DNA of 64,000 nucleotides from Halorarum halobium (GCF_032116555.1 NZ_CP134950.1:1-64000); one strand, 5' to 3'. Positions 39,881 to 51,790 are shown, counted from the stretch's first letter. Translations and numbers: made by a program. The notes: generated by a model not told the origin, from the letters alone.

Positions 39881-40882
39881 TCAGACCCCGAGCATCATTC
39901 GAAGGGATCCACGGACGCCCATTGGGAGTCCGATCGCCCCGATGAAGAACGTCATGAGCCACCACCACGTGTGATTCATCTCGTCTTTCACGTCTGCGAG
40001 GTACCACACGATGCCACCGGTTACGAGGAGTTTGAGAACGAATGTTGACCCCGAGAATCCAGTCGCTTGATACACGAGATTCGTAACGACCAGCTTGGGG
40101 GAATAGCCGAGGAAGGTCACGCCGACGAGATTCTGCGCAGCGTCCCACATCTGCCCGAAAACGGCCAACAGGAACAGCGGATGGCGGAGATGTGCAATAT
40201 CGACGAGGCTCGCCCCCCAGTAGTAGAGCGCGGTCACGCCGAGGGCGATCCCCGTCGTCGCAACAGGAACCCACAGGCGGAATGTCGCTGCCGTCGAGAG
40301 TCCATACCAGAGTGCCCACCCGACGGCTCCAATCGCCCAGACCGACCCGACGAGACCGACGATCGACGGGATGGACCCGATATTCCGATTGCGAGCGAGT
40401 GCGCCGACGCCGAGTGCGAGGACGGTGACGGCGGTAACGACGAAGTAGATCGAGGGCGTGATGAACCACACTGCGTAGTCGCCGAGCAGTCCGATATCCT
40501 CGAGGGCGCGCATCGCCCCGCCGGCGACGATGATTGGGGCGAACCCGTACGCGAGCCGCGCATCGAACGTGACATCGAGGTAGTCGAGATATGCCCGGAG
40601 TCCTGGGAGACTGTACACGACGGCCGCGAGATAGGCCACCGTGTTCACGGTGTTGTATCCGCGGACGGCCTGTATTCCCTTGTGTGTGACTGGCTGGCCG
40701 GCAGCGTCGGCGACGACCGGGCCCCAGAGATACTGCCAGACGAACCGGTCGTAGACGAGCGACGGGAACGCGAGGAGTGCGGCACCGACGAGGACGACCG
40801 GGGCAAGCAGATACAGCGCCCACCATTCTCGGGTGCCGGTGTCGGGGAGGACGGTTTCGACGCGCCCCGCAACGGTACTCAC
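39881..40882 (-). CDS. DUF63-family membrane protein
   Basis: WGPVVADA, GYNTVNT, GGAMRALED, FITPSIY. Confidence 0.82.
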   Translation of the reverse strand: MSTVAGRVETVLPDTGTREWWALYLLAPVVLVGAALLAFPSLVYDRFVWQYLWGPVVADAAGQPVTHKGIQAVRGYNTVNTVAYLAAVVYSLPGLRAYLDYLDVTFDARLAYGFAPIIVAGGAMRALEDIGLLGDYAVWFITPSIYFVVTAVTVLALGVGALARNRNIGSIPSIVGLVGSVWAIGAVGWALWYGLSTAATFRLWVPVATTGIALGVTALYYWGASLVDIAHLRHPLFLLAVFGQMWDAAQNLVGVTFLGYSPKLVVTNLVYQATGFSGSTFVLKLLVTGGIVWYLADVKDEMNHTWWWLMTFFIGAIGLPMGVRGSLRMMLGV

Positions 40883-41103
40883 GATTCGCTCACCTCAATT
40901 CGCCACGTTGTGCTCTTCGAGCGCCCCCACTGTTCGAGCGACACGTCGGTGAGGTCGTCTTGGAGCTGGCTCAGATACTGTGCGACGGCTTTCGGTGACC
41001 CATCGAGGTCGCTGGCGATATCCCGAGCCCGAAGGTACGTGGGCTCAGTATCGGCGTTCTCGACGAGATACGCGTGTACCATGCGGCGGGAAATAGATGA
41101 CAT
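40879..41103 (-). CDS. Small HTH protein
   Basis: YLRARDIASDLDGSPKAVAQYL..WGRSKSTTWR. Confidence 0.75.
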   Translation of the reverse strand: MSSISRRMVHAYLVENADTEPTYLRARDIASDLDGSPKAVAQYLSQLQDDLTDVSLEQWGRSKSTTWRIEVSES

Positions 41104-41122
41104 GAGTCGAGGGCAGTAGTGT

Positions 41123-43729
41123 TCAGCGGAGTTTCCCGAGCAGTTTGTAGTCGTGATCTGGGGTGTACCGCCGGAACAGCAGGCTGTTCGACAGCACCGA
41201 CACGCTGGAGAACGCCATCGCGCCCGCGGCGAGCACGGGTTGCAGGAGACCGAGTGACGCGAGCGGGATCATCGCCGTGTTGTAGCCGAGCGCCCAGACG
41301 AGGTTCTGCTTGATCTTCGCGAGCGTCGCGTCCGAGATGCGGATCGCTTTCACGACGTCGACTGGGTCGTCGCGCATCAACGTGACGTCCGCGGCCTCGA
41401 TGGCGACGTCAGTACCCGAGCCGATGGCCGTTCCAACATACGCGACGGCAAGGGCGGGCGCGTCGTTGACGCCGTCACCGACCATCATCGCCTGCCGCCC
41501 CTCGTCCTGGATGGACTCGACGGCGTCGGACTTGTCCTCGGGGAGGACCTCCGCGCGGACGTTCTCGGGGTCGATGCCGACCTGTTCGGCGACGGCGCGG
41601 GCGGTACGCTCGTTGTCGCCGGTGATCATCATCACGTCGACGCCGCGCTCCTGGAGCTGACTCACCGCGTCTTTCGCGCTCTCCTTGATCGTGTCGGCGT
41701 CCGCGACCACACCCACGAGTTCGCCCTCGTAGGCGACGAGCATCGCCGTCTTCCCCTCGTTCTCGAGGCGCTCCATCGTGTCCTGCGCGGGCGACGGGTT
41801 GATTCCGTTGTCACGGAGGAGCTTCCGATTTCCGACCAGGACCTCGCTGTCACCGACGGTCGCTTGGATGCCGTGGCCGGGGACGTTCTCGAAGTCGTCC
41901 GGGTCGGTCACGTCGATCCCCCGCTCTTCGGCGCCGTCGACAATGGCACGGGCAAGCGGGTGTTCGCTCGCATGTTCGGCCGTGGCCGCGAGCCGCAGGA
42001 CATCCTCCTCACCGAGACGGTCACGAGCGGTCAGTTGGCCACCATCGGCAGCAGTATCGCCGCCATCCGTGAGCGGCTGTCCGTCACCGTCGAACACGAC
42101 GACGTCGGTCAGTTCCATCTCACCTTTCGTGAGCGTCCCAGTCTTGTCGAAGACGACCGTATCGACGTCCTTCGCGCGTTCGAGGATGTCACCACCCTTG
42201 AACAGCACGCCATTTTGTGCGCCGATAGTCGTCCCAACCATCGTCGCGGCGGGCGTCGCCAGCCCCAGCGCGCAGGGACAGGCGATGAGCACCGCGGAGG
42301 CGAAGACGATAACGGCGAACTCGAAGACCGAGACGGCCCCACCTGCGACGGCTGGCCCGCCGGCGACGAGGCCCCACAGCGGGAGCCACTCGACGAAGCC
42401 GGCGAGCACCTCGGGGAACAGGAACCACACCAGCCCCCAGAAGACTGCGTTCCCGATGACCGCCGGCACGAAGTACGCAGAGATGCGGTCCGCAAGATTC
42501 TGGATGTCGGGCTGGCGCGACTGCGCCTCCTTGACCGTCTGCACGATCTGCTGGAGTGCCGTGTCCTCGCCGACCTTCGTCGCCTCCACGACGAGCACGC
42601 CGTTCTCGTTGATGGTGGAGCCGACGACCTCGTCGCCCTCGCTTTTCTCGACGGGGACGGATTCTCCGGTGACCATCGACTCGTCGACCGCCGACTGGCC
42701 GTCGATGACCACGCCGTCCGTCGGGATTTTCTCGCCGGGTCGGACCTTCATCCGGTCGCCGACCTCGACGTCTTCCAGCGGAATTTCCTCCTCGTTGCCG
42801 TCCTCGTCGACGACGGTGGCCGTCTCGGCTTCCATCTCCAGCAGTTTGCGGAGTGCTTCGCCGGCCTGGCCCTTCGAGCGGGCTTCGAGGTAGTTCCCGA
42901 GCGTGATGAACACGAGGATGAGCGCTGCGGTGTCGAAGTACAGGCCGCCCGCGATGAGCCCGGAGAGGACGGCGACGGAGTAGACGTACGCGGTGGTCGA
43001 GCCCAGCGCGATCAGCACGTCCATGTTGGCGCGCTTGTTGTTCACCAGCGCATTGTACGAGTTCTTGTAGAACGGCCAGCCGAGCACCAGCTGAACGGGC
43101 GTCGCCAGCAAGAACTCGACCCAGCCGAACTCGACACCAAAGACCGTCTCCGGGACGACCCCGCCGCCGAGGAGGTACTTCTCTAGCAGGAAGAAGAGAA
43201 GCGGAGCGGCGAGTACCGCACCAAACAGGGTCAGTCGAAGCTGTTTGCGGATCTCAGCCTGTCGCGCGGCGTCGCGCGCGTCCTCACCGGAGTCGCCGTC
43301 GGCGCTGTCCTCTCGGACGGGCGAGTAGCCCGCGCTCTCGATGGCATCGTAGAGTGCATCCAGCGACGTGTCCGCGGGGTTGTACCGGACTTGGGCTTCG
43401 TCGGTGGCGAAGTTCGCCTCGGCCGCGATGACACCTGGTGTGTTCTCTAGGGCAGTCTCATTGGTCTGTACACAGTTGGCACAGGTCATATCGGAGATGC
43501 CGATTGTCACGGTGTCAGACACCGCACCGTACCCGGCATCTTCGATGGCCTCGAATATCTCTTCGAGCGATACCTCGTCAGGGTCGTACTCGACGGAGCC
43601 CTCGTCAGTGGCGAAGTTCGCGTTCGCCTCGACAACGCCGTCGAGGGACTCGAGCGCATCGCCAACTGTCGCCGAGCAGTTAGCACAGGTCATCCCTGTG
43701 ATGTCGAGATGTGCAGTTCGCGTTCCCAT
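41123..43729 (-). CDS. copA: Cu(I)-exporting P1B-1 ATPase
   Basis: Two MTCANC HMA domains, CPC, DKTGT, YN, MAFSS. Confidence 0.96.
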   Translation of the reverse strand: MGTRTAHLDITGMTCANCSATVGDALESLDGVVEANANFATDEGSVEYDPDEVSLEEIFEAIEDAGYGAVSDTVTIGISDMTCANCVQTNETALENTPGVIAAEANFATDEAQVRYNPADTSLDALYDAIESAGYSPVREDSADGDSGEDARDAARQAEIRKQLRLTLFGAVLAAPLLFFLLEKYLLGGGVVPETVFGVEFGWVEFLLATPVQLVLGWPFYKNSYNALVNNKRANMDVLIALGSTTAYVYSVAVLSGLIAGGLYFDTAALILVFITLGNYLEARSKGQAGEALRKLLEMEAETATVVDEDGNEEEIPLEDVEVGDRMKVRPGEKIPTDGVVIDGQSAVDESMVTGESVPVEKSEGDEVVGSTINENGVLVVEATKVGEDTALQQIVQTVKEAQSRQPDIQNLADRISAYFVPAVIGNAVFWGLVWFLFPEVLAGFVEWLPLWGLVAGGPAVAGGAVSVFEFAVIVFASAVLIACPCALGLATPAATMVGTTIGAQNGVLFKGGDILERAKDVDTVVFDKTGTLTKGEMELTDVVVFDGDGQPLTDGGDTAADGGQLTARDRLGEEDVLRLAATAEHASEHPLARAIVDGAEERGIDVTDPDDFENVPGHGIQATVGDSEVLVGNRKLLRDNGINPSPAQDTMERLENEGKTAMLVAYEGELVGVVADADTIKESAKDAVSQLQERGVDVMMITGDNERTARAVAEQVGIDPENVRAEVLPEDKSDAVESIQDEGRQAMMVGDGVNDAPALAVAYVGTAIGSGTDVAIEAADVTLMRDDPVDVVKAIRISDATLAKIKQNLVWALGYNTAMIPLASLGLLQPVLAAGAMAFSSVSVLSNSLLFRRYTPDHDYKLLGKLR

Positions 43730-43771
43730 TCCTGTCCTATACTACGTGGTCCTTCCTTAGTGCAGTTACTG

Positions 43772-43815
43772 TTTCGAGACTAGGGCTTTAGACTGGTGTA
43801 GAATTTAGATTCAAA
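43772..43815. promoter_or_regulatory. Candidate CopR operator upstream of copA
   Basis: TTTCGA (43772) and TTTAGATTCAAA (43804), 32 bp apart. Confidence 0.5.
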
Positions 43816-43890
43816 GGTCTACTTCCATTTCACCGCCGAAGGATGCCAATGTCGACCCCATCGACTCGGAGCGGAAACCGCGACTACAGC

Positions 43891-44481
43891 TTAGGCCCCT
43901 TCTTCGAGACGCTGATACTGGTCTTCGAAGCGACTACGGCACGACGGACAACAGAAGTGATAGACATCATCGTCGATTCGAACGGATTCGCCCTCGCTAT
44001 CGACCGTATTCCCACACTCGGCACATGTGATTGCGAACTCAGTGCCGTCGAGTGAGGGCGTCCATTCGAGGTCATCGACGAGCGTCACCGAGTAGTCCGT
44101 CGATGGCGCATCTTCGAGGAGGCTATTGATCCACCGTCGAACGTTCTGCCCCTCCGCACGGCCGTAGAACCAGATTTTCCCCTCGGCAGTGACGAAGAGA
44201 TGTTCGATACCCTCCGCATCCTGGAGTCGGCTTCGAAGTGGCTCGATGGCCGATGTGTCGTTTTCAAACTGGACGAACACCGGAACGCCAGCTCGCAGCT
44301 GTGCCCGGTTCACGTCGATGGTGAAGCCGTTGATGATGTCGGCTTCCTCTAACCGTTTCACACGGTCCGAGACGGCTGGACCCGAGAGATCCACCTCCTC
44401 ACCGATACTGCTGAACGGGCGCCGTGCATCCTCTGCCAGTAACGAGAGGATCTCCATGTCTGTCTCGTCTAAATCACGCAT
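43891..44481 (-). CDS. copR: Lrp/AsnC-family copper regulator with TRASH domain (CopR/CopT)
   Basis: LDETDMEILSLLAEDARRP..LSGPAVSDRV; CAEC..YHFCCPSC. Confidence 0.9.
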   Translation of the reverse strand: MRDLDETDMEILSLLAEDARRPFSSIGEEVDLSGPAVSDRVKRLEEADIINGFTIDVNRAQLRAGVPVFVQFENDTSAIEPLRSRLQDAEGIEHLFVTAEGKIWFYGRAEGQNVRRWINSLLEDAPSTDYSVTLVDDLEWTPSLDGTEFAITCAECGNTVDSEGESVRIDDDVYHFCCPSCRSRFEDQYQRLEEGA

Positions 44482-44529
44482 ATCTACGCATAGAACCCCC
44501 GCATCACAAGACTGTTTCCCAGCGTGAGA

Positions 44530-44574
44530 TTTCGAATGCCATTTTCCAATACCGGATAGACTTTGGATTCGAAG
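44530..44574. promoter_or_regulatory. Candidate CopR operator between copR and copZ
   Basis: TTTCGA (44530) and TTTGGATTCGAA (44562), 32 bp apart. Confidence 0.5.
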
Positions 44575-44614
44575 CAGAAAATGACAAAGAGGTCCCTCTC
44601 GTATGTATCTGTGT

Positions 44615-44812
44615 ATGTCGACGACCATCACCGTTGAGGGAATGACCTGCGGCCACTGTGAACAGACCGTCGAAGACGCGCTTCGAGAAGTGAGCGGCGT
44701 GACCGACGCGAACGCTGATAGAGAAGCTGAACAGGCGAGCGTCGATGGCGATGCTGACGTCACGGCACTCGTCCAGGCCGTCGAGGACGCTGGATACACC
44801 GCCTCCGCCTGA
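44615..44812 (+). CDS. copZ: Copper chaperone CopZ
   Basis: GMTCGHC, AVEDAGY. Confidence 0.93.
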   Translation: MSTTITVEGMTCGHCEQTVEDALREVSGVTDANADREAEQASVDGDADVTALVQAVEDAGYTASA

Positions 44813-44935
44813 GAACCACCGGAACGCACGCCACCGACCGCCCCGCCGTTCTCGTTCGTTGCCGACCCTTTCGATGGCACCGCGCTGTATCAGGGTCTGG
44901 ACAGCATAATAAGGGACGGCACCAAAACCCACGCC

Positions 44936-47311
44936 ATGAGCAACAATCCAGACCACGAGACCTCCGAAAATCCCTCTAAAGAGGGCCACACCTCACATCA
45001 ATCCGAAGGACCCGTCTACTGTTGTCGAATTTGCCGATTAAAAGCAGAGTCGGAACCACGAGCATCAGCCCACGCGTCATCAGAGCAGCATTCCCACTCT
45101 CCTGAGCACGAAGCACAACCTACGGCGGATGAGGCCCCCACGGAATCAGAACCCCCGGACGAACACGCGCAACACGAGCACGATGCCGAACACGCGCACC
45201 GCCCCGCTGCGGCCGAGCACGCTCACTCTACAGAAGCAGAGCACGTACACGACGAGCACGACCATGGTGGTAACGCCCACGAGAAGGGACACAGGGGTGG
45301 AAACGGGGACCACAGCGATCACACGGATCACTCAGGCCACGAGGCAATGTTCAGGCGACGATTCTGGGTGTCGCTCGCGCTCTCGGTGCCAGTCCTCATC
45401 TTTAGCGAATTCATTCAGGACGTCTTCGGCTATACGGCCCCTACGTTCCCCGGGAGTGCGTGGATAACGCCGGCACTTGCGGTCGTGATCTTCGCATACG
45501 GTGGTGTGCCCTTCCTCTCGATGGCCCGGACGGAACTGAAAAACCGCGAGCCGGGCATGATGATGCTCATCTCGCTGGCGATCTCGGTCGCGTTCGTCTA
45601 CTCGGTTGCGAGTCTGTTTCTCGAAGGGACGACACCGTTTTTCTGGGAACTCGTCACGCTGATCGACATCATGCTGCTGGGCCACTGGGTGGAGATGCGG
45701 TCGGTCCGAGCAGCCTCAGGGGCGCTCGACGAATTGGCGAAACTCATGCCCGACACTGCCGAGCGCATCACAGAGAGTGGGGATACCGAGGAAGTGCCTG
45801 TCTCCGAACTCGGCGAGGACGACATCGTGCTCGTTCGCCCGGGCGCGAGCGTGCCTGCCGACGGCGAAGTCGTCGAGGGCGAGTCGTCCGTTGACGAGTC
45901 GATGATTACCGGCGAATCCAGACCAGTCGGGAAAGAGCCCGGATCAGAGGTGGTCGCCGGAACGGTCAATCAGGACGGGAGCCTCCGCGTCAAAATCACG
46001 AAGACTGGCGACGAGACGGCGCTTGCGGGCATCATGCGACTCGTCGAAGAGGCCCAACAATCCAAATCTCGGACCCAGTTGCTCGCCGACAAGGCAGCTG
46101 GCTGGCTGTTCTACGTGGCACTCGGCGTCGCGGCGATTACGGCCGTCGCGTGGGTCGTCGCCACCGGGTACAATATCACCGTCCTCGAGCGTGTCGTGAC
46201 GGTCCTGGTTATCGCGTGTCCACACGCACTCGGCCTGGCCGTTCCACTGGTTGTCGCAATCAACACCTCGACGGCTGCCAAGAACGGGATGCTCATCCGC
46301 GACCGCATTGCCATGGAGGAATCCCGCAACCTAGACACGGTGATGTTCGACAAGACCGGGACCCTCACGAAGGGCGAACAGGGCGTCGTCGGTGTCGAGA
46401 CGGCGGGTGACTGGAGTGAAGAGCGAGCGTTCGAAGTCGCCGCTGGTGTCGAGGGTGACTCCGAGCACATGATTGCTCGCGCCATCCGGGACGCCGCCGA
46501 GGAACGGAACGTCCAGCGAGCGAGCGTTTCGAACTTCGAGAACTTCCGCGGTCTCGGCGTCAGAGCCACTGTGGACGGCGAGACGGTGCATATCGGTGGA
46601 CCGAACCTGATTGAGAAATTCGGTATCGAGCGGCCCAACGAAATCGCTGCCTTCGCGGAGGAAGCTGGCTCGAACGCAGAGACGGTTATCTACCTGGTTC
46701 ACGACGAATCCGAAGTCGTCGCAGCATTTGCGCTGGCGGACGTTATTCGGGAAGAAAGTCGGCAGGCCATCGAGGCGCTACACGCGATGGACATCGAGGT
46801 GGCGATGCTGACCGGTGACTCGGAGGACGTCGCACGGGCTGTCTCGGAGGAACTCGGTATCGACCAGTACTTCGCGGAGGTACTCCCCGACGAAAAGGAC
46901 ACGAAAGTCGAAGCGCTCCAGTCCGAGGGGAAACTAGTCGCGATGGTCGGCGACGGCGTCAACGACGCGCCAGCACTCACGCGAGCTGACGTCGGTATTG
47001 CCATCGGTTCAGGGACCGACGTCGCCATCGAGTCTGGCGATATCATCCTCGTCGACAATAATCCGCTGGACGTGGTGCGGCTCATCAAGCTCTCGAAGGC
47101 GAGTTACCGGAAGATGCAGGAGAATCTCGTCTGGGCGACCGGCTACAACGTTTTCGCGCTCCCACTCGCTGCCGGAGTCCTCGCACCGATCGGCATCCTG
47201 CTGTCGCCGGCCATCGGTGCCGTGTTCATGTCGCTGTCGACGATCATCGTCGCTATCAACGCCCGTCGTCTCCGCAGCGCCGATATTTCCGTGCCCGACA
47301 TTGGTGCGTGA
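44936..47311 (+). CDS. copB: CopB-type P1B-3 ATPase with His-rich N-terminus
   Basis: His-rich N-terminus with CCRIC, CPH, DKTGT, YN, MSLST. Confidence 0.94.
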   Translation: MSNNPDHETSENPSKEGHTSHQSEGPVYCCRICRLKAESEPRASAHASSEQHSHSPEHEAQPTADEAPTESEPPDEHAQHEHDAEHAHRPAAAEHAHSTEAEHVHDEHDHGGNAHEKGHRGGNGDHSDHTDHSGHEAMFRRRFWVSLALSVPVLIFSEFIQDVFGYTAPTFPGSAWITPALAVVIFAYGGVPFLSMARTELKNREPGMMMLISLAISVAFVYSVASLFLEGTTPFFWELVTLIDIMLLGHWVEMRSVRAASGALDELAKLMPDTAERITESGDTEEVPVSELGEDDIVLVRPGASVPADGEVVEGESSVDESMITGESRPVGKEPGSEVVAGTVNQDGSLRVKITKTGDETALAGIMRLVEEAQQSKSRTQLLADKAAGWLFYVALGVAAITAVAWVVATGYNITVLERVVTVLVIACPHALGLAVPLVVAINTSTAAKNGMLIRDRIAMEESRNLDTVMFDKTGTLTKGEQGVVGVETAGDWSEERAFEVAAGVEGDSEHMIARAIRDAAEERNVQRASVSNFENFRGLGVRATVDGETVHIGGPNLIEKFGIERPNEIAAFAEEAGSNAETVIYLVHDESEVVAAFALADVIREESRQAIEALHAMDIEVAMLTGDSEDVARAVSEELGIDQYFAEVLPDEKDTKVEALQSEGKLVAMVGDGVNDAPALTRADVGIAIGSGTDVAIESGDIILVDNNPLDVVRLIKLSKASYRKMQENLVWATGYNVFALPLAAGVLAPIGILLSPAIGAVFMSLSTIIVAINARRLRSADISVPDIGA

Positions 47312-47937
47312 TCCCTATGGCACTCCAGGCGACACAGACATTGTTCAGCGTCGGTCTCCTATCTGGGGGACTCCTACTGGGTGGCCTCCTTGCTACCATC
47401 GTCAGTCCAACATTCCAGTTCTGGCCGCACGGAACGCGGAACTGGACATTCTGGGTGAGCTGGAGTGCGTGGATGCTATACGGTGTTGGTCTGGTCGGCG
47501 TTGCATACCTCGACTGGTGGCACTGGTACGAACCACCGGTGGTGGTGCAACTCGTCTGTGTGCTTGTTTTCGTAGCAGGCACAGCGCTGTCCATCTGGGC
47601 GATGTGGACACTCGGATTCTGGGAGAGCAGTGGTCTCGAAGGCCACCTTCAAACTGAGGGACCGTATCGCTTCTCTCGCAATCCACAGTACGTGGGGTTC
47701 ATCGCCATGCTCGCCAGCGGAGGCCTCCTCGCAGGTTCGATTCAAACGGTCATTCTCGCCATCGGTGGAATCGTGTGGTTCCTGCTCGCACCACTCGCCG
47801 AAGAGCCGTGGCTCCGCGAGCAGTACGGCGACGCCTACGAGGAATATCTCAGATCGGTGCCGCGGTTCCTCGGCCGAACGCACCGCGAACCACCGCAGCA
47901 GGAACAGACCGACCGAACGAAGGGAGGGAACCAATGA
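47308..47937 (+). CDS. ICMT/PEMT-family membrane methyltransferase
   Basis: [32 protein letters not shown]. Confidence 0.85.
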   Translation: MIPMALQATQTLFSVGLLSGGLLLGGLLATIVSPTFQFWPHGTRNWTFWVSWSAWMLYGVGLVGVAYLDWWHWYEPPVVVQLVCVLVFVAGTALSIWAMWTLGFWESSGLEGHLQTEGPYRFSRNPQYVGFIAMLASGGLLAGSIQTVILAIGGIVWFLLAPLAEEPWLREQYGDAYEEYLRSVPRFLGRTHREPPQQEQTDRTKGGNQ

Positions 47938-49079
47938 CCAGTGATTCACCACACCAGATCGAAGTCGGGGGTAGGACGATTCCATCCGGTGAGAAGTCTC
48001 AGTTCCGGTATGCCGTCGCGACAACGTTTCACGACGACGCGATTGAACTGCCAGTCACTGTCGTCAATGGTGACCAAGCGGGACCGACAGTCTGCTTGAC
48101 AGCCGCAGTTCACGGCGACGAACTCAACGGGGTCAAGATCATCCAAGAGGTCGCAGCCGAGTACGAACCGAGTGATCTTCACGGGACGCTTGTCTGCCTC
48201 CACGTACTGAATGTCCCAGGATTTCTGGCCCAGCAACGGTACATCCCGATCTATGACGAAGATCTCAACCGCTCGTTCCCTGGCAGTGCTCGAAGTACGC
48301 TAGCAAAACGGCTCGCAAACACGATTTACGAGGAGTTCATCTCGAAGTGTGACATCGGGCTTGACTTCCACACGTCGACGCGCAACCGCACGACGATGTA
48401 CCACGTCCGCGCAGATATGCGCGACCCGGCTGTGGAACGACTCGCCCGCGCGTTCGGCACGAGCGTCATCCTCGACGGCGAGGGTTCACGAGGGACACTC
48501 CGACGCGTGGCCTGTCAGGACGGTATCCCCACGGTCACGGTTGAGATGGGGCGCGCCCATCGATTCCAGACCGCGCACCTCGACCGAGCGCTCCACTGTG
48601 TCGCGAGCGTCCTCGCCGAACACGAGGTCCTTCCCAACCAACCGGTGTCCTGGCCCGGGTGGACGCGCGTGGTCGCCCGCGACGGTGAGAAAACGTGGCT
48701 CCGTGCCGAAACTGGGGGGCTCGTCGAGATGGAGTGGGGCCCGCACCCTCTCGTTGAGGAAGACGAGCCGCTGTTCACGATTTCCGACCACTTCAAGAAC
48801 GACATCGAGACGATTCGCGCTCCATCGACCGGCATCGTTGTCGGTGTCCTCGAAAATGCAGTGGCGTACCCGGGCCACCCGCTGTGTCACTTCGTGAGCG
48901 TTGACGAGGGAACCGCCGACATCATTCGCGACGACATTGAGCGGGGCGTGTTCGACGTCTACCGTGAAGGTGGATTCCAATGGCCCGAACCTCGCTGGTA
49001 CGCCCACCACGAACACGAAACTGATTCAACACACTCTGAAAACACTCATGACACTGAACGAGAGAATAGAGACGACTGA
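47934..49079 (+). CDS. Succinylglutamate desuccinylase/aspartoacylase (M14) family protein
   Basis: HGDELNG, DLNRSFPG, LDFHT, TVEMG. Confidence 0.9.
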   Translation: MTSDSPHQIEVGGRTIPSGEKSQFRYAVATTFHDDAIELPVTVVNGDQAGPTVCLTAAVHGDELNGVKIIQEVAAEYEPSDLHGTLVCLHVLNVPGFLAQQRYIPIYDEDLNRSFPGSARSTLAKRLANTIYEEFISKCDIGLDFHTSTRNRTTMYHVRADMRDPAVERLARAFGTSVILDGEGSRGTLRRVACQDGIPTVTVEMGRAHRFQTAHLDRALHCVASVLAEHEVLPNQPVSWPGWTRVVARDGEKTWLRAETGGLVEMEWGPHPLVEEDEPLFTISDHFKNDIETIRAPSTGIVVGVLENAVAYPGHPLCHFVSVDEGTADIIRDDIERGVFDVYREGGFQWPEPRWYAHHEHETDSTHSENTHDTERENRDD

Positions 49080-49734
49080 GCCGTCTCATCCGATATTCGC
49101 GCGGCTGTATGATCCGGTGATGAAACCGGCAGAGAGAACCGTGCTTGCCGAACACCGCCGCTATCTCGTGGATGATATCGCCGGGGCGGTTCTGGACCTT
49201 GGTGCGGGGACAGGTGCGATGTTTCCGCACGTTAGAGAAGCAGCTGCTGACAGCGGAACTGTCACACTGTTCGCGATTGAGCCAGACCCACATATGCGCC
49301 GGAAAGCGCTCGAACGAGCACGCGACCTCGGGCTTGAAATCGAGATCGAAAGCGCCGGTGCAGAAGCACTCCCGTTCGCTGACGATTCCTTCGATGTCGT
49401 CATCGCGTCACTCGTGTTCTGTACCATCCCCGATTTTGATGCCACACTCTCCGAGGTGGCCCGGGTACTGAAGCCAGGTGGTGAGTTCCGGTTTCTCGAG
49501 CACGTCCGCGGGGAAGGCGCCGTGGGTATCGCCCACGACGTACTCGCGCCCGCATGGCACACCGTCGCTGGCGGGTGTCACCTGAATCGTGAGACGGACG
49601 AAATATTTCGAGACGACGATCGATTCGAACTCGTAGATTACACACGGCTGGAGGACATCCCGCGGATCGTTCCAATCGTCCGTGGGACGCTCAAACGCCG
49701 ACGTATGGGTTCGATTCTTTCTCGTTTCGTGTGA
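49048..49734 (+). CDS. Class I SAM-dependent methyltransferase
   Basis: VLDLGAGTG, LPFADDSFD, RVLKPGG, GGCHLNR. Confidence 0.9.
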   Translation: MTLNERIETTEPSHPIFARLYDPVMKPAERTVLAEHRRYLVDDIAGAVLDLGAGTGAMFPHVREAAADSGTVTLFAIEPDPHMRRKALERARDLGLEIEIESAGAEALPFADDSFDVVIASLVFCTIPDFDATLSEVARVLKPGGEFRFLEHVRGEGAVGIAHDVLAPAWHTVAGGCHLNRETDEIFRDDDRFELVDYTRLEDIPRIVPIVRGTLKRRRMGSILSRFV

Positions 49735-49743
49735 GTAACCACG

Positions 49744-50625
49744 TCAGAGCGGCTTCGCTTTCGCAACGAGGATGACGTGCTGCAGGAACGGCAACGCACG
49801 GTGCGCGGCCCTCACCTGTTCGGTAATCGCCGTTGGATCGAGGTCATACGCTCGTAACAGTCGTTCGATGAGCGACCGAATCGGACTCCCGAGAAGCTGA
49901 AGGTACAGCGTCGTCCACTTCCGAAACCGCCCGACGCTGTGGTTCGTGATGTTCTCGACAGTCTTGAGTTCGAGATTCGCGTCTTCGAGACCGGCCGTGT
50001 ACTGCTCGACCGCCCCTATTGACGGCATGTCCCACGCGTCTGCAAACGAGTCGACGAACCTCCGTTCTGTCTCAGTTACGTCGGACTGCACCACGAGGTC
50101 GGAGAGGACGAGAACTCCCTCCGGTTCGAGAACATCCGCGACCGCGGCGAAGACGCTGTTCCGGTCGGGGAGATAAACGAGGGCATCGATGGCTGTGCAC
50201 GCGGTAAACGAGTCCGTCGCGAACGGAAGCTGTGTGGCGTCGCCGCCGACGAAATCGGTTTCGACGCACTTCCCGCGTGCGTTCTCGGTTGCCCGCTTGA
50301 GGTTGTACGGAACGAGATCCAGTCCAGTAACTCGGAAGCCGAATCGGTCGGCGAGGTGGATCGCCGGCCCCCCTCGGCCACAACCGACATCGAGGAGACG
50401 AACTCCGTCCGTTGCGGATAGATGTGACGAGACTCTCGATCCGACTTCCGTGACGAGTCGACGCTGACTCGATCCGACAATATGTGGCTGGTACCACTCC
50501 GAATAGCCGAGATTGAGGAACTCGTCAGTGTCGAGCAGGAGATCGAAGGCCCGCCAGATGTCGGCTCGTTCACCGCGGTAGGAGAACTGATCGGTGATTC
50601 GGTTGCGTAGAGTACTCTGATCCAT
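49744..50625 (-). CDS. Class I SAM-dependent methyltransferase
   Basis: FLNLGY, LLDVGCGRGGPA, VLEPEG. Confidence 0.9.
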   Translation of the reverse strand: MDQSTLRNRITDQFSYRGERADIWRAFDLLLDTDEFLNLGYSEWYQPHIVGSSQRRLVTEVGSRVSSHLSATDGVRLLDVGCGRGGPAIHLADRFGFRVTGLDLVPYNLKRATENARGKCVETDFVGGDATQLPFATDSFTACTAIDALVYLPDRNSVFAAVADVLEPEGVLVLSDLVVQSDVTETERRFVDSFADAWDMPSIGAVEQYTAGLEDANLELKTVENITNHSVGRFRKWTTLYLQLLGSPIRSLIERLLRAYDLDPTAITEQVRAAHRALPFLQHVILVAKAKPL

Positions 50626-50632
50626 CGGTCAC

Positions 50633-51004
50633 CTATTCGAGTTCGGAAACCTCTGAATAGCAGTACTCAGATTCGTCGCAGTACGCGAGGTCGGTACACC
50701 CGCGAGGACGCTGGTAGTCGATTCCCTTGTGCCGTCGGAGATACGTCACGTATCCATCGTCGATACGGTCGAGGATGTCATGACAAATCCACTTCTCCCC
50801 AAACCAGTTGGCACCCAAATTCCGATACGGACAGAGAAAGATCGTCCGCTCGACTGAATCGACCTGTGGTGTCTCGACGATCCGGACGCCGACGAGGCGG
50901 TACGCCACGCGGAGGCGCTTGACGACCGAATCCGGTGTGTTTGCGCCGACGAAGAGAACATACGCGATCACGTATCCGATATCGTGGAGGAGTCGTCTAA
51001 TCAT
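50633..51004 (-). CDS. Hypothetical Cys-containing protein
   Basis: CPY..ICH..GC..C..C; co-oriented with methyltransferase. Confidence 0.65.
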   Translation of the reverse strand: MIRRLLHDIGYVIAYVLFVGANTPDSVVKRLRVAYRLVGVRIVETPQVDSVERTIFLCPYRNLGANWFGEKWICHDILDRIDDGYVTYLRRHKGIDYQRPRGCTDLAYCDESEYCYSEVSELE

Positions 51005-51063
51005 CGTTCAGACCATCGTCTGCCGTCCCAAAGAATCTTGACCAGTTTCACTCGATCAGGCTC

Positions 51064-51558
51064 CTATATTTCGGCGTACACCTCATCCGTCTTCCCGTCA
51101 CCGAGTGCGTAGACGATGAACGAGTCGGACTTGGACCCGCCCATTCCCGGCGACCCGGCCGGCATTCCGGGCAGCGCGATGCCGTCGATGGCCGGCTCTT
51201 CGTCGAGTAGCGTGGCGATAACCTCGGCAGGGACGTGTCCTTCGACGACGTATTCGTCGAGAACGAGCGTGTGACAACTCTGTAGTTCCGTGGGAATGTT
51301 GTGTTGCTGCTTGAGGGTAGTCACGTCCTCAGCCTCGGTTTCTTGGAGCGTCGTGTCGAGGTACTCCCGCAAGTACGACGCGTACTGTCCGCAACAGCTG
51401 CAGCCTGGCGAGCTGAACTGTTGGGCGTTCGTCACTGACAGCGTCCCCTCGATTGCCCACTGGTCCTCACTTGGCGACCCCAGACAGCCGGCGACTCCGA
51501 GTGCGACGGTCGTCCCGCCGACCCGGAGTAGTCCACGGCGCGTCACATTCCGCTTCAT
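51064..51558 (-). CDS. DUF411/CopG-family copper-resistance Tat lipoprotein
   Basis: TRRGLL, VAGC, GCSCC, SCHT, EGHVP, PGMPAGSPGM. Confidence 0.9.
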   Translation of the reverse strand: MKRNVTRRGLLRVGGTTVALGVAGCLGSPSEDQWAIEGTLSVTNAQQFSSPGCSCCGQYASYLREYLDTTLQETEAEDVTTLKQQHNIPTELQSCHTLVLDEYVVEGHVPAEVIATLLDEEPAIDGIALPGMPAGSPGMGGSKSDSFIVYALGDGKTDEVYAEI

Positions 51559-51716
51559 ACGTACTTCAGTTTGTCAGCAGGTATCTACAGTACGCCGACC
51601 TTTCCTGCGTATTGAGAACGGATGCAAACACGGCGGAGGGTATTAACCTTCGTTTTGCCCCAGAGACTGAGAAGATAACTACGCAGTACGTCCCACTTGA
51701 TCCTATGAATTGGTCG

Positions 51717-51788
51717 TCAGGGGTTCGGCGCATAGAGCGCGTACAGGATAGAAAGCATTTCCGCTGCCGCGACTAGTGCAGCCACGAG
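51717..51788 (-). pseudogene. 3' remnant of a paralog of 54051-54326
   Basis: [22 protein letters not shown] vs [22 protein letters not shown]. Confidence 0.8.
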
Positions 51789-51790
51789 AC

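Noticed and set aside
41778..43186. Long plus-strand ORFs
   Set aside because: Antisense shadows of copA
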